From Lama glama (lineage: Eukaryota), in contig CM052817.1 in assembly GCA_028534125.1 (NCBI GenBank), positions 32,304,001-32,368,000 of the forward strand: a DNA stretch of 64,000 bases, in the 5' to 3' direction. Position 1 is the first letter of the stretch, and each line of letters starts with the position of its first letter. Both the position numbers and the translations under genes were made by a program. Below are positions 51,165 to 64,000 of the stretch, in pieces. Under the pieces are notes generated by a model that was not told the origin of the DNA, ran no database searches, and was given only the letters and a program-made list of their open reading frames with translations.

Positions 51165-51395
51165 GTAGGTTTAGTAGTTAAGAGTGTGGGCTCTGGAAGC
51201 AGTTCTCAGTTCTGACATTTTACTAGCTAAATAACCTTGGGCACATTATTTAACCTCTCTGGGTCTCAGTTTTCTCTTCTGAAAATGGGGATGACGACAA
51301 TGATACTCCTGTCCCCTAGAGTACTATTGTGGGGATTAACTGAGTTTATGTACATAAAGCGTTAACAGTGCCTGGCACTTAGAGGCTATGTAATA
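51165..51395 (+). mobile_element. MIR
   Basis: gtagttaagagtgtgggctctgga...ccttgggcacattatttaacctctctgggtctcagttttctc. Confidence 0.8.
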
Positions 51396-52317
51396 AAGCC
51401 AAAGTGGGTGAATCATCTCATTTTCATTCATCCTTCCAATATGTGTTGAGCTTGAATAGAAGAGATGCTAGGATGCAGGGCTGGGAATGCAACAGTGAAC
51501 GGACCAGGCACAGCCACTGTCCACAAGAGCTTACTGCTCGTCTGAACCATTTCTCTTGCTGACACAGATCTGCATTTTATTTATAGACTTTTGCCTAGAG
51601 GTCATCTAAACTTTTCTTCTTCGTTCTAGTTTCTATCCCCCACTTCCTGTCTCGGGCTTCCTAGTGCCTCATTATGGCTTCAGGTGACACATGAATCTAT
51701 GTGTTTTTACACCCACACGATTTGTTACTTGTAGTTGTGTTTGTTCCTTTAGAGTTAGAATTAATTAGAGATTTGGCTAACGAAGGAAATGGTAAAAGGT
51801 TACCAAGGAGATGACAAAACTAGAAAAATAGCTGAAAAATCTACTTCCCGGCTTCTTCTGTTCTGTTCAAATTGCTTAGAATTTTCCATAACTACTTGAA
51901 CCAGCCAATTCTTTCCCCAAACCTCCCCAATTTCTTCTCGCCTAGATTGCACTTCCTCTCCAAAGCCTTCCCTAACTTTCTAAGACAACGGGCTCTTTGG
52001 TAACCTTGTGCTCATCTCCATAGTAGGACTTATTATTCCACTGCAGGGTCACTGCTCTCGCCTCTCCTCCACGAGTCTGCATCGCCATATGGCCTGGGCC
52101 ATCTGTTTTTGTCTTACTCTCCACTGTATCTTCAACCCAGCAATACCTTCTTATTGTTAACAAGTAGTGCTCTTTATGTATCTATTGAACTTAGGTAGAG
52201 GATAAGAACCAATGAAGTGGGTAAATTAGGAGACAGTGATTTGTATTGTGTTACAAAAGGAAGAATCCCTTTATAAAAGAATTTTTTTGCAGGGTTCCAT
52301 TGAGTGGGGAGACAGGG

Positions 52318-52652
52318 TTATTGCTATAAAATTCAGTGACTTAGTACCCACAAAAAAACTTTCTTGGTTATGTAATAGTTCAAGTGTTCAGTTAGGAGCC
52401 TTCTAAGGCTTGTGTCTCCATCACCCCTTATGCCCTTGCGGTCCTCTGCTGGGTCCTCTGCATTTGGCTAGTAGATGGGGAGAAAGAGAGAGAAGACCAT
52501 CTCTCAGGACAGACACACATCACTTCCAGTCCCATGGATTGGAACTTGGTTTCATGACCACACCAGCTGCCAGGGAAGCTGGGGGAAGCAGTCTAGCTGT
52601 GTGCCAGGAGGAGAGGGAATGTGTTTTGGTGAGCACACAGCAGTCTCTGCCC
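52318..52652. mobile_element. MLT1-type MaLR LTR
   Basis: cacatcacttcc...catgaccacaccagctgccagggaagctggg...gcagtctctgcc, typical of MLT1. Confidence 0.55.
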
Positions 52653-52763
52653 TGGGACTGTACCAGAGCCAGGTGGCCCTTGTGTAAAGCGAGGTGCCTG
52701 CCCACCCACAGTGGGTCCCAGAATTAGGGAATTGCACTGACATCTACTGTTCTGGCTTTGCAG

Positions 52764-52869
52764 ACGAACTCATGTGATCAAAATCTAAATCACTGCCTCG
52801 AACTCATTGAGCAAGTTGCCAAAGTGCAGGGACAACTCTTTGGGATCCTCACCACAACAGCCCAAGAAG
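52764..52869 (+). CDS. SPATA18: MIEAP exon 2
   Basis: [35 protein letters not shown]; gcag|...|gtgaga; 106 nt. Confidence 0.95.
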
Positions 52870-53001
52870 GTGAGAACGGCTGGTGTGTCCCCTTCCCCTC
52901 TCCTCCCCTCCCCTTCCTTTCCTTTGTCCCTTCTCCGTGCTCTCTGACTGGACTGGTGTGGTTGGATTTCTCTTGCTGACCTGATTTGTGGATTCTTCTA
53001 G

Positions 53002-53117
53002 GAGGACATTATGATGGTGTGGAAACAATCAAATCACGCCTTTTGCCTTGGCTGGAGGCCTCCTTTACTGCCGCTTCCCTGGGAAAACCTGTCGACAGCA
53101 AGGTCCCCTCTCTACAG
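53002..53117 (+). CDS. SPATA18: MIEAP exon 3
   Basis: GGHYDGVETIKSRLLPWLEASFTAASLGKPVDSKVPSLQ; ctag|...|gtaggg; 116 nt, phase consistent. Confidence 0.95.
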
Positions 53118-54514
53118 GTAGGGATGCTAAAGGCATCCTAGGTTGTCAGCATCTAATCAGGCTCTGGAAAATCAAACATATGTAATACATGGTTTTTAAC
53201 CTAGTAAGGGGCTCAACTCTAGTCAGGGAATTGGGACCCAGGTATAAAATGTGAGTCTCTATACATACAGTAGTAGATGGCATAATGGATTGAGTTTTCT
53301 CTTAAGACTGATCAGTATTAACATCTCAGCCTTCCTTGTTTATTGGTGGTATGACTTTAGGCAACTCAGTGAGCCTCTGCTTCCTCAGCTGTGAAAAGCG
53401 TCTGGTGGTGGTCTGCATCTGGGACATTGCTGGGCCCACTCTAGAGGTTAAATAGTAACTTTGAAATGACAAGTTAGTCATCCAGATGGGGTACCACGGA
53501 GAGGTCAGAAGAGAAAGAGATTGTTAGATGGAGGAAAGCTCTGTATTCTGAAAGAGTTTAAAAAATAAAACTAATAGGAAACTTCTAAGATAAGAAGAAA
53601 ACTCAATTCTGGTAGACTGATAAAGAGGGTCATAATTTGTGGTTGATATTGATGATTTCCAGGGGACAGTGGCAGTGTTTTAACAGTTGAGGACCAGGCT
53701 GGAAAGAGAAAACATACTTTGCTTAAGTCACTGGCATCATTATGGTTATGACATGGCATCAGTGTTTGGATGGATTTACATAAATCCCTCCAAAAATTGA
53801 AGCATTTAGAGCAAGCTGTTCTAAGCAAGAGAGCCTTATGAAGGCAGTGGCTGAAGGATTCCAGCTTAGAGATCACTGCGAAGAATGCTAATCCACCCTC
53901 TATGGTCCGGGGTAGTTTGTCTAACCTGTTAGGTCTCAGTTTCCTCATCTGCTAAGTGGGAACAATGCTTCTGCTGTAACTAACAGGGTCATTGTGACAG
54001 TTAAATATGATAAACATGGGAAACAACTTACATGTGGTAAGTGTTCCATAGACGTAAGTCGTTATTAAACCAATTTTTTGACGTAAGAATTTTCATATAC
54101 TTCTTAGATTTTTACCCCCTGTAGGTGTTATTCTGAGTATAAAGATGTAAGATATTTCAATGTCTTTTAAAAAAAATCTGAGGTATAATTTACTTTCAGT
54201 GAAAACCATAGATTGATGAATTTTTACAAATGGATATATCCATGTAACACATCTCTATGAAGATGAGAAGTGTTTGCATCTCTTTGGAGCATCCCCTTGT
54301 GCCACTTCCTAGTCCCCTCCCTCCACCCTCAGGTCAACCACTCTTCTGATTTTTATCACTCTCGGTTAATTTTGCCTGCACCGAACTTCATGTTAATGGA
54401 ACTATACATTATGTGCTCTTTGGGGCTTGACTTCTTTTGCCCAGCGTGATGTTTTTGCAATCTGTCCACAGGGTTTCATGTGTTGAGACTACCTTTTGAT
54501 TTGTGTCTTTCCAG

Positions 54515-54624
54515 GACACGTTTGATAAGAGACACAAAGAGTCTGGTTTTCGGGATCGGGACTTACAACAATTAGACTCTGACTTGAACTCAACTCGTAG
54601 TCAACTCAACCAGGTTCAAGACGA
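54515..54624 (+). CDS. SPATA18: MIEAP exon 4
   Basis: DTFDKRHKESGFRDRDLQQLDSDLNSTRSQLNQVQD; ccag|...|gtaaga; 110 nt. Confidence 0.93.
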
Positions 54625-54746
54625 GTAAGAGGAATGCAAGTTATCTTCTTCCCAAAAGAATTCCTTGTTCTTAACTTAATTGTTAAGTTTGAAAGAAGAA
54701 TAGTGGCTCATGGAAAATGTAGACGTTTGTAAATAAGTAATATGAT

Positions 54747-54774
54747 GTGTGTGTGTGTGTGTGTGTGTGTGTGT
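54747..54774. repeat. (TG)n microsatellite
   Basis: Uninterrupted TG run. Confidence 0.95.
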
Positions 54775-56699
54775 TGGGAGTCAGTGTCTTTGAATTTGGG
54801 AACAGGATTTCTATATTATATGATGATCCCTAAGACGCTGGTTCCCTTGGCTCCATTTCTGCGGCCATTTCTTCTCCATACCCACTATCAGCCCATATTT
54901 ATAAAAGAGAAAGATCGTTGCATCGATAAGCTATCTTGAGGGAGGAAAAAGGAAAAGATGCAGAAGGGGGAGTGTTAAAAGAGGGTGCAAGATCAGGTAA
55001 AGAGGAAAACTAAGAGAAAGACAGCAAAAGTAAGACGAAGCAGGCTGCATCTCTCCATCGATTGTCTCTGATAGGGGTAGATACGCCTGATCAAGAACAA
55101 ATCAAAATTTTGGAATAACTGTTAGATATAAAAAAATGTATTTCAAAACAGTTAAGCAATACCAGGCAGGGATGTCAGATGTATGCTACATGCAAAGACA
55201 GGGCAGCAAGCTCCAGGAATCACTGCAAAGAAAATTGCAAACTTTGGGTTTGGACTTGAGGCAGATAGACAAATGTGATGCAACTGCTTTCAACATATGT
55301 CACAAAAGTCCGTCAGCAAGATGTTTCTCCTGCCACGGCTCTGCCCCAAGGCTGACACGGAGAGGACAGCCAGGGCTTCTTTTTTAACTAGTCACGGCTT
55401 GTGATGGAAGAGGGTGTGGCATTTGGCCTTGTTCTTTGATGAGATTTCCTTCTAAGGAAAACGTCTTAATTGATTGATTTATTATAAAAGTAGTGCACAT
55501 TTCCTTCTCAAAATGCATATAACAAATAAAAGCATAAAGATGAAAATCATCCATTATCTCATGCCTGTTAACATTTTGGCGTATTTTACTCCAGACATTT
55601 TTCCTTGTGTGTGGGAGCATGTGTACGCACACACATACAGTTACTTCTACACACCCTCATTCATTTTTCCAATTGGAGCCATGGTCAATGGGTGGTTTAA
55701 TAGCAGCAGCAGTCAAAATTTATAAATGTGATGTGCAAAAAGCATAATTCCTCTGAAATTCTATGACTTATTTCAACAAACGTCACCTGATTTGGGGAGG
55801 GCTAAGGAGGATCTTTAAATCTGCCACTTCTTTTTGGGTCTAGCAGAGTTCCTTTTGTGTAAATATTCCATGAATTCCAAGCTCAAACTTCTGTTAGAGG
55901 CTGTGTTTGCCCTCCCAAGGGGCTTCATTGCCCTTCTCCTTCCATAGACTGGCATCTATTGGTGGAGAATGCTTGCGTGCTCTCTGGGTGCTGGAGGAGA
56001 GGGACTCTTGGTCTGGTGCTGCCCTCTGGGTTCTTGCTGCCTCCGTTCCACCTGAGCACTAACGTCTTGTGCTGATGGGTGCTGAGTTGTGGCTTGTCTG
56101 GTTGAGTTTCCTGGGGACATTCAGTGACCCCTGCTGCTGTCTCCATTTGCCTCTGCTTGTCAGGCAAAGCTTTGAGACCTTGCTGGTTCTTGACTTCAAT
56201 CAGCACCCACAGGAGCCAGGAATTCCTACCTTCCTCTCCTGTCACTGTGGCTCTGTAGTTACCCACCAGAGGCATCATGGACCCAAAACTATGACTGCAT
56301 GCTTTTTTTTTTTTTTTTAAACCACCCATCATTTGAAAGTTGCACACAGGAAGTTACTTGTTGCTTTTCCTTGAATTTCCTACTTTTGTTTTGGGTTGTT
56401 TTTAACCCATGTGTGGTTCATTTTCTATTTTTTAAGGCATCAGAAGTGATGGAGGCTATTCCCCATATTCTATAGTGGCCAGATCTCTCCTCCTTCTCCT
56501 ACTCAGCCTACCTGTCTCTAAAGCCAGGGTGCTACCTACTGTAGAATGAGTTGCCCACCCAAGGAGGTTCCCATGTCTAACCTCGTGGAGACCAGTTTGG
56601 CTGTGACTCAGTTCCAAAGATGCAGATTTCAGTAGAGTGCTGAATGGGGACAGGTCTGTGTAGGTGGGACAAACCCTAGACAAGGGTAGACCACTGCAT

Positions 56700-57485
56700 T
56701 TTGTGTCTGGACCTGGTTAGAAATCTCACTTGTCTTCATTTCCTATATCTGATCTATAAGAACATCCAGTGGAATCTATCTCCTAAACATCTCCCACACA
56801 CGTTCCTTACTTTCTATTCTCCCACCATTGCCCTTGGTCAAGCCTCTGTTACCTCTTGTCTTAACCAACTTTCCAGCTGGCCTCCCTGTTTCAGTTTTTG
56901 CTCTAGTACAATCCACTTTCTACATTGCAAATATAGATATCTTTGTGCCGTGTCAAGTCATCCCCTGGCTTAAAAGCTGTTAGGAGCTTCCTTCTATACT
57001 TAGACAAAATTTCTAAATTCCTTCCCAGGATTCTCCCAGCCCTGCGTTACCTGGTCCTGCCCCACCCTCCACCCTCATCTCCGGCCCAGCTCCCCTCACC
57101 CAGTTGACCGTCTACTTCCTCACCTTGAGGCCCTTGCGCATGCGCTTTCAGAAAAATGGAAGTCTTCCGCCGGCTCTTGGCATGGCTGCCTTTTTCTGGT
57201 CCTTCAGGTCTCCGTTTAAGCGTGACTTCCTTAGAGTCTGTGACCACTCTACGTTGAACGATCTTTCCTCTTCCCTTCCTTTAATTTCTTTCACTATAAT
57301 TTAAGAACTGCGTTTACAACAATTTGGAACCTTGAAAAATTTGCCTATTTATGACCCACTAGACCGGAAGCTCTGAAGGATTACCGTTCTGGGATGCTAT
57401 CCTGACACTGTTGTTATCTCCAGCCCCCAGCATCATGCCTGACACCTAGTGAATTCTCAATAATTTGTTCAATGGATGAATAAAT
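56700..57485 (+). mobile_element. L2 LINE 3' portion
   Basis: Pyrimidine-rich L2 body ending catgcctgacacctagtgaattctcaataatttgttcaatggatgaat. Confidence 0.7.
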
Positions 57486-57856
57486 CCATAATAAAAAATA
57501 AATAAAATATGTTAGCCTGCTAAAAACAATGCTTGTCATATGAATATACCCCCTTTCTCTCTGTCACCCAAGGGGGCCAAATTAGCATAGATGTTTACTT
57601 GTATGTATATGTGCTCACACACGTATGCCATGTTTCGAGAGAAAAAAGATTACTATTCATTCTCTTCTTATTTTCCTGATCTGTTTTCTTCTTTTAATTT
57701 TCCACAATTTTCTTGATAAAAATGCTCATTTTCCAATATACGCTTTAAAAAACTATAACATATTCACATTGCAATTAAATCACAGCAATTTCCCTTCAAC
57801 CTCCAGTAGCCCTATCATGAAGTTATTGCTACTTTGGTTTTCTTTTAGACTTGAGA

Positions 57857-57912
57857 CATTTCATTCATTCATTCATTCATTCATTCATTCATGCATTCAT
57901 TCATGCATTCAT
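57857..57912. repeat. (ATTC)n repeat, likely an antisense L2 tail
   Basis: CATT tandem array followed by antisense L2-like text. Confidence 0.85.
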
Positions 57913-59174
57913 TTTTCAGGTTAAAAAAACTATATGATAAGCATTGTTTTAGGTGCTGGGGATAAAGAGATGAATAAAGTCAAGCCTTTGCCCTCAAGTA
58001 GTTCACAGTGTGTGTGTAATGAGATTGTAAATATGAACACGTGTTGGAGGAGCTCAGAAGGGGAGGCAAGCTTTGTGTGGCCTTTGGAGAGGCACTCATT
58101 GGATGCGTGGGCATTTGTTAGAGGAGGAGAAGAGGATGAGATGGAATTTGGCAAACTCACACCATCTCTTGTATTGTCTGATTGGCTGGGAGCTGTGGGG
58201 ATTTGATAGAGATTCTGCTAGCCTGTTATTTCTCAATCTGCCTCACTCTGTAGGGGAGACCAGTGTTCAACATGCCCTTTTTCCATCCCAGTGTAAGGAG
58301 GACGACTGGTGTGAGTTTGGATAGCAGCCATTATCTTTTAGCCTCAGAACTACTGTGCCTGGGTGTTCCCTCAAGGATGTAGGGTCAGAGAAGTCAAGAA
58401 ACCTTTACCAACGCATGATCTGTCACCATACTAGGATAACTTCCTTGAGAACTATTGGTCTTCATTCATTATCATCCATCACCTCATTTTTTTTTCTAAT
58501 TTAGAGAAACCTAAAGAAATAGTATGGTTTATTATGATTTGCCTATAATGAAGAGAGTCCTTGAAACTAACAGTGACCAAGCTAAGTTGAAAACTGAGGA
58601 AAATTGTGCTCAATTAGTTGTGGAAGTCAGAGGCAGAAAGATGTGAAATACTTGGTAGTCAAGTGTAGGAGTGGATGACTTTATAGGTAGACAAATAATT
58701 TTTTTATATTCAGTAAGTCTGGGAAAATTAAGTCAAATGCAGTTCTACAGTGCATAGTAATAAGAATAGATTATTACTTTATTACAGAAAAATGGAAATT
58801 TTATATAGAGAGACAACCTGGGGATTTTATGTGATTACAGATGAAGTTGGAGGGTGAGAAAGAAGAAACTGAACAAGTTTCTTTGTCCTTTACTTTCTAA
58901 TATCAGTAATTATTACATAGCCTTTTAGGGATAGTAGCTCTGTTTTCTTTGTGTTTGACATCAAGAAAAGATGCAAGATGCTAGCATGTTTTTGCATACC
59001 AGTGCTCCATATTATTTGTAGTATCATCTGATTGTATGCAGATGTCTTATAATTTGATCTTGTTTATGTTGAATTTATATCATATGGCAAAAGCTCCTGA
59101 GAGAACCTATGCTTTGATTTAGAAGGTCTGCCAATTTTGGAAAATCTGTCTTTAGTTACTGATTTCTCTTACAG

Positions 59175-59270
59175 TCTGGCTGAAACTGAAAAGACTCTTG
59201 AAGAAACCAAGAACAGATCGGCCATATCCCTTTTGGCTGCAGAGGAGGAAATAAATCAGCTAAGAAAGCA
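59175..59270 (+). CDS. SPATA18: MIEAP exon 5 (coiled coil)
   Basis: LAETEKTLEETKNRSAISLLAAEEEINQLRK; acag|...|gtaaga; 96 nt. Confidence 0.95.
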
Positions 59271-60847
59271 GTAAGAAAAAAAAAAATGACAGGATTATTG
59301 CAGCCTGCTGATTAATCTTTGAATTTAGCTTTTTTGGGTGGTCCATTACAATATGAAAGAATCTGTTCACAATCAAAGAAGAAAGACAGCAATATTTTTA
59401 TTAGCATTTTATATATTTTTCTTACTACAAAAACAATACCTATCTACTACAGAAAATCTTCAAAGCCCAACATAGTAGAAAGAAACCTAAAACCCCTCAT
59501 AATTTCAGAGTCAATTACTGTCACCATTTGATATTTCTTCTAATTTGTACACTAAAAATTAATGTCTTAACGTTAAAGTTAAGACAACAGAATATGAGTA
59601 TAAATTTTGGACTCTATTTTTTTCATTTAACATTATTTAAACAAAAATAAAGCAGAGCTTGATTTTTAAATAGGTACATCATATTTCCGCATTTGGGTAT
59701 TTCTCTAACACTGAATAGTTACTTTGATGCCAATTTTCAACATTGGAAATAACATTGTGATAATTTTTGTGGCAAATCTTAGTTTAAATTTCAGATTATT
59801 CTTTAAAGATAAATTTCTGGAAGGGGAAAAAATACTGATCCTTTAAGGTTATACTTTTCTTAATCTTAACTTTTATCTTTCCCTTAAAAAAGAGCAAATG
59901 GGAGTTGTAATAAAATACATACATACATATTTAATAGAAAATACCTTTCTATTGCCTTTATTCATCTTCCAGTTATTCTGATTTCTTCCAGAACACCCAT
60001 AAATTTTAGCTTGGAGCGATGTTGTGCTTTCCACTTCTAACTCCCCTCTCATCATCATTTTACCCTCTTATCTCCTGTTTGATATAGCACTTCAAATTCT
60101 TTAATCATATTACTCAGCAATTCCCTATAGCACCAATTCTGTTTTTCACTATTTCTAGCGCAGCTTTTAATTCTGCTATTGCATTTGTAGCTTTTCTACA
60201 TCCTTCTTAATCTTACCCCTTCCCTTGTCTTCTTACACTATTGTCATTTTCATCACAGCATGTTCTCTTATGGCTTTTGCTCCCTTTTACCATGGCCATG
60301 TCTCTTTGTATTAATGAGGATGCCAATTTTGTTTATAAAGCTTTGCTTGTTTCCGTAGTACCTTATTTTCGTAAGTCCACATGTCTGCCTATTATTGTGG
60401 ATGTAATTCAGTTTCCATTGTAGGTCCCCCGCCCCAATATCCCACTGGTTCAGAGAATCTGAGTGTGTGAGAATAGATTATATCTTTGACCAGCTTCTGG
60501 ACTAGGTTTTGGAGGTCACGTGCTTCCAGAGTCTTGCGCAGTGAAGCAGTCCAATACAGAATAGGATGACTCTGCTTTGACTCTGCCCACTCTGCTTTGG
60601 CTAGAGGATTTGCACTCCCGCCTTTTCTTCAGGAGTCTTTTCCCATGTAACTGCAGACATGAAGTGGCATCCTGACCCTGGCAATTCTGCTCTTTGTCAA
60701 TTTGTGTTGGTTCCTATGCATTTCCATCCGAGCTGCAGTGCAGGAATGGCAGGCTAAGTAGAGTAGACTCGTTAAGTATGCCAATAGCTGTTTGTTACTG
60801 TTCCTCCCTCCCTCTCTTTTCTTTCAAACATCTTTTTTTTTGTTCAG

Positions 60848-61087
60848 GCTTAAATCTCTTCAAGCCCAGGAGGACTCCCGCCACAGACACTCAGAGCATA
60901 GGAGCTCAGGGAAACGGGGCTCCGAGCGTAAGAGAGTGGAGCTGCGGGACTCGGAGCCGATGGGCGCCGACAGACGGAATGTAGACCAGCGCAACGCAGA
61001 AACGATAAACAATTATGAGAAACAGCTCCGAACGCTGAAGGACGAGATAGCTGTTCTGTCTGCTGAAAAATCTATACTCCAAGGAAG
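60848..61087 (+). CDS. SPATA18: MIEAP exon 6
   Basis: [14 protein letters not shown]...[24 protein letters not shown]; tcag|...AG|gtctga; 240 nt. Confidence 0.93.
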
Positions 61088-61797
61088 GTCTGACAAATTC
61101 TCACAGATCTTTTCATTTAAGCCCCTTTTGCTGAGTTAGTGATAAAAACTTGGCTTGGGAAAAAAAGTAAAATGACTTCCTGAACCCAAACCCCAACATT
61201 AAGGAAGCTGTGAATTGTAAAGGGATTGTTTTCTTTAACTGCACCTTTCCAGAGAGAAAACACTGCCTAGATTGACAATACTTGGGCTCTAATTAATTTC
61301 AGGTTGATATTGAAGTTTAAGGAATGAAACTGAGACATGCAAAGGAAAGTTCTTTGGCTTGATACTAGATTTGAGCACTTTATTTGCAAAAGGTGGTACC
61401 CATGTTGAAAGACTGTTCCATCATATGAGGGTCCTGTTCTCTGAGGCCTAGGAGTCCTCTCTCCGGGGATGATCAGTTGTCATTTTACTGTAGGATATTT
61501 CCCTTTTTAAAAATCTCACTTTGTTTGATAGTACAGGTAAGTGTTCTTGTGAAATTCCCTTCTACTGATGGACAGAATGTTAAGACAGGTCATTCATTCA
61601 GTGTTAAGTGAGGACAAAGCAGGGTGTTTCTCTCTGGAGTGTCTGCATTTTCCTGGTTCTTTCTAACACCTTCCCTCTTCCCCTACCCTCCCAGCCCCAC
61701 AGTGTGCCCTGATTCAGGCTCAAAACCACCCCTGCTCCTCCTGGCCTCCAATCCCCTAAATGTCACCTAAGTCTTTCGTTTTTGGAAATAACTCCAT

Positions 61798-62005
61798 CAG
61801 TGTTGTGCTGGTGCCAGCTTGTACTGGCTTCTGAGAACCAATTCTGGGCATTTCTACCTAACTCTGAGTTCAGTGATACCACATTGGTAGTTTGAAATTG
61901 GCTATGGTGGGAGTATTTGTCGCACCATGGAAACTGGCAAACGCTGTATATGAGGGCTTTTTTTTCCCACTCCCTCCTTCAGAGAGTCTGATTTGCACTA
62001 CCTTT
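61798..62005 (+). mobile_element. MER63-like hAT element
   Basis: CAGTGTTGTGCTGGTGCCAGCTTGTACTGGCT start; ggtgggagtattt...ccatggaaactggcaaacgct. Confidence 0.65.
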
Positions 62006-62737
62006 TGCCCCATAGTTTCTTCTGCAAAACTCCCCGTTTTGGCAGCCCCTTCCTTCTGGGCGAGCGAGTCTGACAATTCCCTTTGTACGTGGTAGGAGTA
62101 TGCGTTTCACTGACACAGTGCTCTGTGATTCACTAAGTACTTCCACATATATTAGCTCACTTGATCTTTCACTACCATCCTGAAATAGGGCAAACATTAT
62201 GTAGGTGAAAATGAGGAATCTGGAGAGGAGAAACGATTGCAAACGGTCCCACTGCTCTGGAAGGAGAACACAGATTTTCTTTCTCAATGTTCAATCAGCA
62301 TTTATCTCATTTTATACCATAAAGCTCAGTGATGTGTTAGTAGCCCAAAGTTAGGGTAAGAAATACTGAAAATCTGACTTCTGTACCTCTGGCTCTTGCT
62401 AGCAGTGTTACTCTAGGGTGGCCCCCTTAACTCTTCTGAGCCTCAAGTTTCTCATCTGTAAAATGGCCAACAATCAATGCTCACCTTAGAGGGTTGCTTG
62501 AAGGATAAGTTGATGTGCTGAGTGAGTGAAAGTGTGTTATAAATTCTAATGCACCAGGCGAATGCAGAGTATTGTTTCTTGTTTGCGATCCTATCTGAGA
62601 CCCTGTGGAGACCAAGGAGGCGTACTCTCCTTGCTCCCATGGCTTCTGGCTTATGAGGGGCAAAGTATCGAAAAGTCCAAGAACGGGAGAGAGAAGGGAA
62701 TCAGAGCTCTTCCTGCCTGATTCTTGCTCACCCACAG

Positions 62738-63050
62738 GTCCGCCAGGAGCCGGTCTCCTAGCCCTGCCCCTCGCAGCCGCAGCCAGAGCCGCGGCCGCAG
62801 CCAGATCCACAGCCGCAGCCACAGCCGCAGCCGCAGCCGCAGTCGGTCCGCCAGCCCCTCCACCGCAGTCGCGAAGGTCAGGAGCCCGTCCCCAAATCGC
62901 GCCAAACTGTCCAACGTGGCGCGCAAGGCTGCCCTGCTGTCCCGCTTCAGCGATGCCTATTCCCAGGCCCGCCTGGATGCGCAGTGCCTGCTGCGGCGCT
63001 GCATCGACAAAGCCGAGACGGTGCAGCGGATCATCTACATCGCCACCGTG
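62738..63050 (+). CDS. SPATA18: MIEAP exon 7 (RS-rich region); gene continues beyond the window
   Basis: [15 protein letters not shown]...[49 protein letters not shown]; acag|...|gtacgt; 313 nt; intragenic CpG island. Confidence 0.95.
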
Positions 63051-63723
63051 GTACGTGCGCCGCACCTCGGCGGTCCCCGGCGCGGCGGGGAGGCGGCACT
63101 TTGGGAAACTGAACGGGACAGTTTAACAAAACTGGGAGAGCCTGAGGTCGCTGAAGGAGGGTGGGTTTTCCATCTGTCCCCTCCCTCCCTCCCTCCCTTC
63201 CTCCTTTCCTTTCGTTACAAATATTTGGGATGAATCATTTTTCACACTCAGTAGCTATTCATATATCTTAATAATTCTATTGACCAGGTATTTGTTGAAG
63301 TATCCATAAATGTAGGACTATCTCAAATGGCTGTATACTAAGTTGATTTGCACTGAGTCTTCTAATATGGGCATATGCGCACACGGTAGATGTATTGTTG
63401 CTAAGGGCTATCATTTGATTGGTTACTTTCCATTCTTAGAAAAATCAAAAGGCTATGATTATGTTAACTCTTCTGTTTACTTAACTAAGAGTAGTCACTA
63501 AAACTGTTAACATATCAGCTGCTTGAGTCTGGCAGATTAAAAAATGCCTGTATGTAATCTTCAGTTCCTAAAGCAAATGCATTTGTTCTATGGGTACCAT
63601 ATTTGAGATACTGGGAGTATGTAATGAGAACTGTTAAATGCTAAAAAAACAAGACAAAACATTGGTGTGAGAGCAGAATTATCAGAATCTACTGGACTTT
63701 ATCTTATATTTATTCATTTATAT

Positions 63724-63982
63724 CAGGAGTCAGCAAACTACGATCCCTGGGCCATGTCTGGCCCGGCCTGTGATACTGAGAGAAATACCACCTAAGAGCT
63801 AAAATATAACAATGACTTTGCACTTTAAAGAGTGATTTTTTAAAAACCCTGAATCTTCTAATATGGACATATGTGCACATAGTAGACATATTTTAAAAAA
63901 GTGACAGAGACAGTTACGTGGCCTGCAAAGGGTAAAATATTTACTATCTGGCTTTTTACAGAAAAAAGTTTGCCAACCTTTG
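63724..63982 (+). mobile_element. MER58-like hAT-Charlie element
   Basis: CAGGAGTCAGCAAACT...aaaatatttactatctggctttttacagaaaaaagtttgccaacc. Confidence 0.75.
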
Positions 63983-64000
63983 GTTTATATAATTTTAAGA

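Noticed and set aside
62481..63126. Poly-Ala ORFs in alternative frames and on the opposite strand of exon 7
   Set aside because: By-products of the CGCAGC repeat in GC-rich sequence
1..64000. CRISPR arrays, rRNA, prokaryotic operons or defence systems
   Set aside because: None seen; the sequence is intron-rich mammalian DNA

Overview
Mammalian genomic DNA, most likely camelid: it carries four copies of a tRNA-Ala-derived SINE matching the Tylopoda vic-1 family. The window is the LRRC66-SGCB-SPATA18 syntenic block. It holds the 5' part of LRRC66 (minus strand, first coding exon), the complete SGCB gene (minus, 6 coding exons, 318 aa, all GT-AG) and exons 1-7 of SPATA18/MIEAP (plus; the gene runs off the right edge). 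Most supplied ORFs are spurious or transposon-derived. The best unexplained signal is a 30-codon antisense ORF, MPPFLLLLLFFVLLLLVLLLVAESEGAQRC (38904-38996), missed by the ORF track. It sits head-to-head with the SPATA18 promoter, with a plausible spliced and polyadenylated host transcript. Other points of interest: an expanded RS tract and a hidden 15-bp repeat in MIEAP, a strong-Kozak uORF, an RFX/FOX/CRE promoter cluster, an apparently degenerate intronic p53 element, and several nested transposon insertions, one forming a ~90-bp hairpin. Comparisons with human sequences and repeat subfamily names are from memory and need checking.
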